From NCBI GenBank assembly GCA_043818275.1, contig JBDRFY010000027.1, forward strand, positions 1 to 30,934: 30,934 bases of DNA, in the 5' to 3' direction. The notes beneath the pieces are model-generated. The model worked only from the letters and a program-made list of their open reading frames with translations. It had not been told where the DNA came from and did not search any database. The stretch is from a bacterium. GTDB lineage: Bacteria; Babelota; Babeliae; Babelales; JAUWHS01. Within the stretch, counting starts at the first letter, position 1, and the number at the start of each line of letters is the position of its first letter. A program made the translations under genes and the position numbers. Shown here piece by piece: positions 17,187 through 26,400 of the stretch.

Positions 17187-17951
17187 ATGCAAAATTACAA
17201 AATGACAGTTGCTTACGATGGAACAGATTTTTATGGTTGGCAAGTTCAGCCAGATAAAATTTCAATTTGTTCCACATTGCAAGATTGTTTTTTGGGTGTT
17301 TTTAAAAAAAAGGTAAAAATTCTGGGAGCATCCCGTACAGATACCGGTGTACATGCTTTGGGGCAGGTTGCGAGTTTTAAAACTGATTTGCAAATAGAAC
17401 CGGAAAATCTGACAAAAATTTGGAATGATAATTTACCCAAATCAATTTTGATTAAAAAAATAGAAAAAGTTTCAGATAATTTTAAGCCTTTGGTTGGAGT
17501 AAAACAAAAAACTTATTATTATCATCTTTTTTTAAAACGTCCCAAGCCCTTTGTTGCACGTTATGGCTGGTATTATGAATTTATTGATCTGGTTGATCTG
17601 AAAAAATTAAAAAAAGCCTTGCATTTTTATATTGGAGAACATGACTTTAAATCTTTTTGCAAAATTGAAAAAGGGGAGAAAAGAGATCCTGTCAAAATAA
17701 TTGATAGCATAAAAGTTGATAATAAAAGTGAGTTTTTTCATTCAGAAGATATTTTAAAAATAACAATTAAAGGAAAATCTTTTCTGCGTTATCAGATTAG
17801 AAGAATGATTGGTTATGCATTAGATGTTGCAAGAAGACCGGAAATTCCTGTAAATTACATAAAAAATCTTCTTGATAATCCAAATACAAAACAAAAATTA
17901 TTAAAAGCTGATTCAATGGGTCTTTGTTTGGGAGAAATTATTTATGAGTAG
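17187..17951 (+). CDS. truA: tRNA pseudouridine(38-40) synthase
   Basis: YDGTDFYGWQVQ, GASRTDTGVHALGQV, GEHDFKSF and FLRYQIRRMIG. Confidence 0.95.
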   Translation: MQNYKMTVAYDGTDFYGWQVQPDKISICSTLQDCFLGVFKKKVKILGASRTDTGVHALGQVASFKTDLQIEPENLTKIWNDNLPKSILIKKIEKVSDNFKPLVGVKQKTYYYHLFLKRPKPFVARYGWYYEFIDLVDLKKLKKALHFYIGEHDFKSFCKIEKGEKRDPVKIIDSIKVDNKSEFFHSEDILKITIKGKSFLRYQIRRMIGYALDVARRPEIPVNYIKNLLDNPNTKQKLLKADSMGLCLGEIIYE

Positions 17952-18651
17952 TGATCTTTTAGGTAATGAAATATTTAAACGTACTTCTGTCGGATTAATT
18001 TTAGGTCTTTGTTTTTTAGGAGCTTACATTCATTCGCAACTTTTATTTTTATTCATTTTATTATTTCTTTTAATTGAAATTTTAGTTTTTGAATGGCCAA
18101 AACTTGTAACTTTTAATAATTTGACACGACCTTTTGGTCGAACAATTATTTTGCTTATGATTTTTTTTACAATTATTTATCCAATTTTACCAATTTTTAG
18201 TTTGTTCTATTTACATTGGATGTTTTATGCACAAGATTTTTTGCTCCCACTTTATCCTTTTTTGGTTGCCTGGTCGGGAGATACTGGCGCATTTATTGTT
18301 GGTAAATTAATTGGTAAACATAAAATAGTGCCTTCAATTAGTCCAAAAAAATCCTGGGAAGGTTTGCTTGGCGGTTTTATTGCGACTTTTGTTTTTAATT
18401 TTTTTTATTTACCAGGAATTAAAATTTCACCATTTCCAAAAATTGTTCATAAATTTTGGTTGTTAGTTTTATTTTCTGCCGTGATAACTGTAGTTGGTTT
18501 TTTTGGCGATATTTTTGTCTCTTTTCTTAAAAGAAAAAAAAATTTAAAGGACACCGGAAATTTGCTTCCTGGACATGGTGGTTTTCTTGATCGATTCGAT
18601 TCTGTTCTTTTTATAGCAGTTTTCGTTTTAGTTTTGATTTTGGTTGTTTAA
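17944..18651 (+). CDS. cdsA: Phosphatidate cytidylyltransferase
   Basis: DTGAFIVGK..GKHK, SPKKSWEG and KDTGNLLPGHGGFLDRFDS. Confidence 0.95.
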   Translation: MSSDLLGNEIFKRTSVGLILGLCFLGAYIHSQLLFLFILLFLLIEILVFEWPKLVTFNNLTRPFGRTIILLMIFFTIIYPILPIFSLFYLHWMFYAQDFLLPLYPFLVAWSGDTGAFIVGKLIGKHKIVPSISPKKSWEGLLGGFIATFVFNFFYLPGIKISPFPKIVHKFWLLVLFSAVITVVGFFGDIFVSFLKRKKNLKDTGNLLPGHGGFLDRFDSVLFIAVFVLVLILVV

Positions 18652-20732
18652 CTAACATTATCAACATTTAATGTACCATAAAGATTAAGTTTGCTACTTC
18701 CCAAAATACTTATAAACAAATTATATTCAGAACCTTTTTCGCTATTTCCAAAAGTAACACCATTTTGTGTTACTGACATTGGTTGATGAATGTTAGATAT
18801 CCAGTTATATGTTTGATAATAATTTGTGTTGTAATCAAGAATGAATGGATGAATTTCTATTGGAGCATTTGCCGCATCAATTCCTGTTGCTGCGACTAAA
18901 TAATTATCTGGAGAAAATTTTGCAATTTTGACTTCTCCAGAACCAGAATAACCCTTTGTTTCTTTTAATATTAACGTTCCATCATCATCAACATAATAAA
19001 TTTCAATTTTATCTCCTGCTACATTTGCTCCTCCGATTACAACAAAATTACTGTCAGGGGAAAAATTAACTGATTCTATACTTGTAATTGCAGGGCTTAC
19101 AGAATCAAGAAGTAATAAATTTCCATTGCTGTCAATTTCATAAATTCTTAAATCTCCAGAGAATTCTACCGCCAAAAATCTTCCATTTGCAGCCAAATCA
19201 CATCTTGTTGGATTTGCCAGAGTATTTAAGCTTGTCAATTTTCCGGTAACTGCGATATTATAAATTTCCAGTCCATTATTATTTGCAACAGAAAGTAATG
19301 ATTCATCTGGAGAAATTGAAACATCATAAACTTCAGTTGCTGTGCTTTTTGAATCAAGTGAAATTAAATTACCATCAGGCTTTAATGCAAATATTTCTAC
19401 ATTATTTCCAGTATTGTTGTATCCACCAACTACTAAAAAATTGCCAAGATCTGAAAATTTTGCTGCATTAATGTAGGTTCCGATGAAAGCTTTAGAGTCT
19501 TGCAGGGTTAGTGAAACATCATTTTCTACTTTGTATGTTTCAATGACATTATTATTACCGCCAATAGCGATCCATTTTTCGTCCGGAGAAAAGTCAATAG
19601 CATTAACAGTGTTTAATGATGGACTTGATATTACATGAGCTCTGTTTAGCGAACCATCAGTTCCTGTGTAATGTATTTCAATTTCACTACCATTATTACT
19701 TCCTCCAACTGCAAGAAGAGTTCCGTCAGGAGAAAACGCGAGGGTATAACATTCAGTTCCGGTGTAATTATTTGAATGAATTATTCTGCGGTCAGAAAAT
19801 GTTGGTGTAAAAGAAATAAACTGATCTTCGACAGGAATACTGTTAAGAATAATTGTACTGAATGTAACCTGATTATCTGTTACAAATCTTCCTTTGGTTA
19901 AACGAATTCCTGTATAAGTTGTTGCAAGTGTTCCGCCATTTAATAAAATTTTTGAAGTTACATCATTCATAACAATTAAATCTCGATTAGTGTTGTATGG
20001 GCTGTAAGTAAAACGTGTGTCAAAATCAATTATTAAAGTTGAATCTTTTGCTATAAATAAATGTTGCGTGGATGAATAAACAAATTCTGAACCACCGATA
20101 AATTTTACATCATTATTTATAAATATATTTCCATTTTCAAAGGTGTATTTATCTCCAAGATCCAATTCCACATTTTGTAAGCATAGTTTGCTGCCAAGGT
20201 AAGTTTTTATTGGTGGTGTAGTTGAAGAATTTAATGACGTTTTTAATCGCAGATTTTTTAATGTTACAGTTACATCACTGTCAATTATGAGTTGGGAATC
20301 ATCAGATAAAATTAATTGATTTTCCATGCCGTCGATTATCGTATCGGATAAAAATTCTAAAGCTCTATTTGAAGGAATAATTAAATTTGTATGCATTTGA
20401 ATGTCATTTCCTTCACCATAAATAAATCCTAAATCATCAATATAAATTTGGCTGTTTGATTCAAGTTCAAGCTTGTTATCCAGTGTTAAAAGTGAATTAG
20501 TTTTGAAATAAATATCCTTTGCCAAAGGTATTGTTATTCCAAGAGTTGCTGAACCATTTTCTATTAAAAGATCATTTTCAAAATCAACAAAACCTCTAGC
20601 ATTATGCCAGGTCATATCTTTTTGATATATAAATTGCTGGGCAGTTAATCCTGTTTCGGGATATTTCCAAGCGCTGATGTTTGCAAATAGAAGGATTGAA
20701 AAAATTATTTTTGCAATTTTTTTAAATTTCAT
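18648..20732 (-). CDS. Secreted beta-scaffold protein with one 7-bladed WD40-like propeller (paralogue 1)
   Basis: Signal peptide; shared scaffold motifs FLSDTIIDG, TNRDLI, RLTKG and TFGNS; seven FSPD-type repeats. Confidence 0.85.
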   Translation of the reverse strand: MKFKKIAKIIFSILLFANISAWKYPETGLTAQQFIYQKDMTWHNARGFVDFENDLLIENGSATLGITIPLAKDIYFKTNSLLTLDNKLELESNSQIYIDDLGFIYGEGNDIQMHTNLIIPSNRALEFLSDTIIDGMENQLILSDDSQLIIDSDVTVTLKNLRLKTSLNSSTTPPIKTYLGSKLCLQNVELDLGDKYTFENGNIFINNDVKFIGGSEFVYSSTQHLFIAKDSTLIIDFDTRFTYSPYNTNRDLIVMNDVTSKILLNGGTLATTYTGIRLTKGRFVTDNQVTFSTIILNSIPVEDQFISFTPTFSDRRIIHSNNYTGTECYTLAFSPDGTLLAVGGSNNGSEIEIHYTGTDGSLNRAHVISSPSLNTVNAIDFSPDEKWIAIGGNNNVIETYKVENDVSLTLQDSKAFIGTYINAAKFSDLGNFLVVGGYNNTGNNVEIFALKPDGNLISLDSKSTATEVYDVSISPDESLLSVANNNGLEIYNIAVTGKLTSLNTLANPTRCDLAANGRFLAVEFSGDLRIYEIDSNGNLLLLDSVSPAITSIESVNFSPDSNFVVIGGANVAGDKIEIYYVDDDGTLILKETKGYSGSGEVKIAKFSPDNYLVAATGIDAANAPIEIHPFILDYNTNYYQTYNWISNIHQPMSVTQNGVTFGNSEKGSEYNLFISILGSSKLNLYGTLNVDNVS

Positions 20733-20794
20733 TTGTGTGCTCCTTTTTTAATTAATCTAAGTTTGTTTTTATAAGAATGTTGATTAATATTTTA

Positions 20795-21006
20795 AGTCCC
20801 GTTAGGGACTAAAGTTAATAGCCTCGGGTTTTAACCCGTGGTAATAAATTAAAATACAAAACATCGTGCCATTTTATGGTACGAAAGAATTATTTGATAA
20901 ATAAATTAAATATTTCTTTCACCCCATAAAAAGGGGTGATTTTTTTATATGTAAAGGTGACCACGGGTTAAATCCCGAGGCTATCCACTATAACCCCTAT
21001 CGGGTT
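20795..21006. repeat. Family C symmetric multi-hairpin REPIN-like element
   Basis: Arms 20818-20842 and 20960-20984 are 24/25 complementary and each is self-palindromic; outer hairpins at 20795-20810 and 20992-21006; inner hairpins at 20864-20884 and 20919-20939. Confidence 0.85.
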
Positions 21007-21032
21007 TTTCCCAATAATTTTAAATTTAATCA

Positions 21033-23126
21033 TTAGGTATTGTCTACATTTAATAATCCAAGATGTTTAACTTTTGCGCCGGATAAAATATCAATTTTTA
21101 AATTGTATGCAGATCCAAGCAAACTATTTCCAAAAGTTATTGCGTTATCAAAAAACGATGGTGTTTGATAAGGAGCAGAAATCCAATTATATGTATGAAA
21201 AAAGCCTCGCGCAAAAACATTGTGAGGTAATGAAAAGGGATGAATATCTACCGGTCCTTCGCCTGGAGGGGACGTTCCACCTTTTTTTCCGCTAAACATT
21301 AAAAATTGATTGTCAGGACTAAAAAATACAAATTTAATTTTATCGCTGTAGCTATAGTTTAAGGTGTATGTTAATGTTAGACTTTCATCATTGTTTACTG
21401 TATAAACTTCTATCTCATGTGTATAACCGGTTCTTGGTTCTCCACCCATAATTAAATATTTATCATCTGGTGAATATTGTAATGCTTTATAATTATGTAG
21501 ATTAGATTCAATTGAAGAAAGTTCATATTGAGTTCCATCATCAGCAACAATATATGTTTTTAATGTTGTTTTGGTTGAAGATGAGCCATCCCAATTTTCA
21601 TTTGCATATGCCAAAATATTTTTTGTGTTGGCAAAAACTTTTGGCTCAACTGGACTGGATAAAGCCTGTTCTCCTACTCCTCCATGATCTAAGCTTAAGA
21701 CTAAGAATTTGTCATCAGGAGAAAAATTAATAGAGTAAATATTTGTATCTGGGATTGCTTCTCTTGTGTTTATAAAACCTGAACTATCAACATTTAATAT
21801 TTGAAGACCCCCTATCATATTTCCTGCGGCCAACTTTGTTCCACTATGAGAAAATTGCAAACAATTACACCATTGAGTAGTTGAAATTAATTCTATATCA
21901 ATTAACGAAACTTGTCCGTTGTTTGAAATTGAATATATTTCTATATATTCATCACTGCCCGCAATGGCCAAAAATCGGCCATCAGGAGAAAACGCTATTG
22001 CCAAAATATTTGTGCTGTAAGCTGATCTGAAAGTATTTAATAAATTTGTTGAACCATCTTTTTCTACTCCATATATATCTATGTAAGCATTAATACCTAC
22101 CCTGCTTACAGCGATTAATTTTCCATCTGAAGAAATAGAAAAGGCTTCGAAATCTCCATTTAATATTTTGCTGGTTCTTTGATCAGTAAAATTTTGTGAA
22201 TATTCTAAAGTCTGATCTAATTCTGGTTTACTATTTAAATAAAGAGTGCTGAATGTTACATGATTATCAATTATCAAATGACCTTTGGTTAGACGAAGCC
22301 CGGTAAAAGTTGATTCAAGGGTGCAACCATTAAGATATAATGTTGATGTTTTATCTTCAAAAGAAATTAAATCACGATTTGTGCTGTATGTGCTGTAAGT
22401 AAAAATTGTATCCAGATCAATTATTAAGTTTGCATTTTTATTTATGTGACAAGTGTCTGTTGAGGAATAGATAAATTTTGTTGTTCCTGAAATTATTACA
22501 TCATCTTCAATGAAAAGTTGTCCTGTTGAAAATTCAAAATTATTTCCCAAAATAATTATAACATCCTGAAGATATAAAGAGCTACCGGTAAATGATCTTA
22601 TGCATGAATATGGAGTTGAATTATTTAAAGATGTTTTAATTGTTATGTTTTTGAACTTTAAATAATTTCCTGTGTTAACTAAAATTTGCGCGTCATCTTC
22701 AAAAATAAGCTCATGCCCATTTCCATTAATTAGAGTATCTGACAATAAATTTATTTTTTTGTTTGCCGGAATTATTAAATTATTATTTAATACCAGAGCA
22801 TTTTGATCAAAATCTGTGAGCGCAATATCATCTATACTTAACGAGCAATTTACATCAAGTTCTAAATTAGTTTTCATTTGAAGAAGGGAATTGTTGTCTG
22901 CAAACCGTATTCTTTTTTGTATTGGTGTTGTTGATTCCAGAATCGTTGATCCGTTATTTATAACTATCCCGCCATCAAATATAGTATTACTGTTTGCCAA
23001 ATTACTTGTCATGTTTATTTGATATGGGATGTCCTGAACTTCTATTGTGTTCAGTGGATATTTCCAGGGATTCAGGTTATTTGAAAAAAATAATGTTAAT
23101 AAAATTAAATAAATTTTAATTTTCAT
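21033..23126 (-). CDS. Secreted beta-scaffold protein with one 7-bladed WD40-like propeller (paralogue 2)
   Basis: Same architecture: WKYP, LSDTLING, TNRDLI, RLTKG, about seven repeats, then YNW...ITFGNS...LNVDN. Confidence 0.85.
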   Translation of the reverse strand: MKIKIYLILLTLFFSNNLNPWKYPLNTIEVQDIPYQINMTSNLANSNTIFDGGIVINNGSTILESTTPIQKRIRFADNNSLLQMKTNLELDVNCSLSIDDIALTDFDQNALVLNNNLIIPANKKINLLSDTLINGNGHELIFEDDAQILVNTGNYLKFKNITIKTSLNNSTPYSCIRSFTGSSLYLQDVIIILGNNFEFSTGQLFIEDDVIISGTTKFIYSSTDTCHINKNANLIIDLDTIFTYSTYSTNRDLISFEDKTSTLYLNGCTLESTFTGLRLTKGHLIIDNHVTFSTLYLNSKPELDQTLEYSQNFTDQRTSKILNGDFEAFSISSDGKLIAVSRVGINAYIDIYGVEKDGSTNLLNTFRSAYSTNILAIAFSPDGRFLAIAGSDEYIEIYSISNNGQVSLIDIELISTTQWCNCLQFSHSGTKLAAGNMIGGLQILNVDSSGFINTREAIPDTNIYSINFSPDDKFLVLSLDHGGVGEQALSSPVEPKVFANTKNILAYANENWDGSSSTKTTLKTYIVADDGTQYELSSIESNLHNYKALQYSPDDKYLIMGGEPRTGYTHEIEVYTVNNDESLTLTYTLNYSYSDKIKFVFFSPDNQFLMFSGKKGGTSPPGEGPVDIHPFSLPHNVFARGFFHTYNWISAPYQTPSFFDNAITFGNSLLGSAYNLKIDILSGAKVKHLGLLNVDNT

Positions 23127-23150
23127 TTTTCTCCTTAATTTATCTTTAGA

Positions 23151-23432
23151 AGAGATCCTGAATCAAGTTCATAACTGTCCAAAGTGTTTAAAATACCTTT
23201 AAACAAAACAAAACTTCACCCATCCGTTCGTCCTGAGGAGCTCGAAATGCGTAAGCGATTGAGAGCGTCTCGAAGGATATTCCTTATAAAATTTAATTTT
23301 TTATTTGGAAAACCCTTCGAGACGAAATTTTTTCAAAATTTCTCCTCAGGGCGAACGGGAGGGGAAATTTTATGCTTATCCAAAAGCATTTCAAACACTT
23401 CGGACAGTAGTAAATCAAGTTCAGGATGACAA
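23151..23432 (-). mobile_element. Composite MITE-like element: 241-bp insert with terminal inverted repeats and an 11-bp direct repeat, inside a family A palindrome
   Basis: Direct repeat aatcaagttca at 23161-23171 and 23413-23423; inverted repeats 23174-23194/23388-23408 (19/21); inner family B cruciform at 23224-23358. Confidence 0.82.
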
Positions 23433-23441
23433 GGTAATGTT

Positions 23442-26400
23442 TTATACATTATCAATATTCAAAGGGCAGCTAAGTTGCAACAATGCTCCATTTAATATAT
23501 TTATTTTTAGATTATGATTTGCTCCTAATTCACTATTTCCAAATGTTATTGCGTTGTGTGTAATTGTTGGTTGAGTTGGAGGTGTGTAAGGGGACCAGTT
23601 ATAAGTTGAAAAATAATTTTGACTAAATTCGTATGGATATTTAAATGGGTGAGCTTCTATTTCATAATTTTCATTATTTCCACCTATGTAAATTATTTTT
23701 CCATCAGGTGAAAAAATTGATGAATTTGTTTCTGTTCCCCCAAATGTTAAATTTTCAACTAAGGTTATATTTCCATTTTTATCAATGTAATAAATTTCAG
23801 ATTTGTAAGTTGAACCATTTCCATCAACGCACATAAATTGACCATATTTTGAAAAAGAAATAGAATTAATTTTTGTTCCATTATAATTTTTAGATGTGAT
23901 AAATGTTAAAGTTCCATTTTGAGAAATTGAATAAATTTCAATTGCTGAATTATTTCCACCAACTGCCAGATATTTACCGTTTGGACAAAATTTAACAGCA
24001 TAAACTTCTGTGCCAGCATAATTTTGGGAATCTTTTAATGTTAGTGAACCATTTCTTTCAACAAAATAAACAACAATTTCATTTCCTGAGTTATCTCCTC
24101 CTACAGCCAAAAATTGTCCATCAGGTGAGAAGTCCAAAGAATAAACAATGCTTCCACCGTAATTTGCATAATGAGTAGTCGTTATATAACCGTCAAGATC
24201 TAAAGAAAGAAATTCAATTTCATTTGTAGCCTCGTTTCCGCCAACGGCTAAAAATTTATTGTTTGGAGAAAATTTTAAAGAGTAAACAGTGTTTGTTGAT
24301 CCGTAATCAGAACTTTCTATTAAATCAATCGTTGCCAGACCTTTAATTGAATAAATTTCAACTTCATTGCTATTAACATTAACTCCGGCACATGCCAAAA
24401 ATTTTCCATTGTTTGATATGTCAACAGAATAGACTTGTTGTCCTGTTTGTAAGTTGTCGTAATTAATAAAAGCAATTTGTTGTAAACCATCTTGTTCTGA
24501 GATCCTATATGTTTCTAATGTTGGAAGGGTTGACATGCCCGGATTGTTTTTTTCTCCTGCAGTAGTTACAACAAAATTTTTAGGAATAAAGTTAACAACA
24601 TTTATTTTGTGTGCACTGTCTTTATTTCCGAATTGAATCAGGTCTAAATAAGTTAAAGTTCCATCTGAATTAACATTATATGCTTCTGTTAAAGCATATT
24701 CTGTTCCATTTCCGCCAGCTGCCAAAAATTTACCATTTGATGAATATTTTAAACTATTGGCAATATAAAGATTATTATTTTGAGAATCTAATAATGAAAG
24801 TGTTCCATCTGAGGCAACAGAATAAACTTCAATTTCATTTGTTCCATTACCGCAAACAGCGAGTTGTTGAGAATCTGGATGAAAAGAAATGGAATTAACT
24901 TCTGTTCCATTATAATTTGCGTAGTGAGTATCTGTTAATCTGCAATTGGTTGTTAAGGTATAAATTTCTATTTCATTTGATGAATTATCTCCACCAAAAG
25001 CGATAAATTTACCATCTTTGGAAAACTCGAGAGAATTTATTTCTGTTCCGGCATAATTTTGTGTGTTAATTAAAGCAAGTGTTCCATCATTAGCAACAGA
25101 ATAAAAATTTACAGTGTTATATCCTTCTTGACTTACAGCTAAATATTTTCCATCAGAAGAAAATGAAATAGAATTTGCTCTATAACTTATAGATATTGAA
25201 TCTTCTTGAGTTAAGGTTCCATCTGAATTTAATCTATAAATTCGTATTTCGTGATAAAAGCCAATAGCCAACCATTTACTATCTGATGAATAATCTACAG
25301 CGTTGCTTATTGAGCCAGATATTGATTTGCTATCTGTTTGTTGAAGTTGTCCATCGGAAAGAATTTTAAATGTTTTTAAATAGTCTGCTGAAAAATAACT
25401 TAAAAAATCGCCAAAAGTTGTACTTGTTATACCAATTGAAAATATTATATAATCATTTCCATCAAAAGCGTAAACATTAAAGTCAGATAATCCTTTTTCA
25501 GATTCAGGCAGATAAATTTCTATCTCACTTCCAATTGCATTTCCTCCAGTTGCCAGAAATTTACCTCCAGGGTAAAACGCAAAATCATTAATTAGAGAGC
25601 CTGCATAATCAAAAGACGTGGTTTGGCGAATATCATAAAAGCTTGGCGAAGTAAAAAAGGTTGGGTTTTGTTGAGCTATACTATTTGGAAAAAGAAGATT
25701 GAATGTAACTTTGTCGTCAATAATTAATGTTCCTTTTGTCAGTCGCATTGTGGTTGGAGTTGTTAATATTGTGCAACCGTTTAAAAACAATTGAGATGAA
25801 TTATCTTGCATGATAATCAAATCACGATTGGTATCATGTGGGCTATAAGTAAAAATTGTATCCAGATCAAAAACTAAAGTTGAATCTTTATCAATAATTA
25901 AATTTTGAGTTGAAGAGTAAATAAATGAACTTGTTCCTGAGATTATTACATCATCATGAATAAAAAGTTGCCCATTTGAAAACTCAGTATCGCCGCCTAA
26001 TGAAAGCATTACATTTTGAAGACTTAATTTACTGTCGACATAGGTTTTAATACAATCCATTGATGGGGATTGCGTTGGAGTTTTTAAAATTAAATTTTTT
26101 AAAGTAACAGTAACGTTACTGTCAATTATAATTTGGGAGCCATTAGCTATTATTATTTCTTTTCCGTTTCCGTCAATTATGGTATCTGATAAAAATTCAA
26201 TGTTGCTTGATTGTATTGTCATTGTTGGTTCTTCTAAATGATATCTAAATTTTCTATAAACGGTTAAATCTTGAGATACATCTGTATCATATTCCGTAGC
26301 CAAAAATTTCCCGTTATCAGAAACAACAACTTTTCTTATAGGTTCTCCAGTTGTTATAGAATCTTTTAATGTTAATGATCCTGTTGAGCCAACATCATAA

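Noticed and set aside
17056..17277. 73-aa minus-strand ORF as a type I toxin paired with the candidate sRNA
   Set aside because: It overlaps truA antisense and lacks a hydrophobic helix; the minus-strand GGAGG at 17114-17118 is not followed by a suitably spaced start codon.
11373..23432. Palindromic repeats as a CRISPR array
   Set aside because: Copies are dispersed and inverted, not direct repeats with regular unique spacers, and no cas gene is present.
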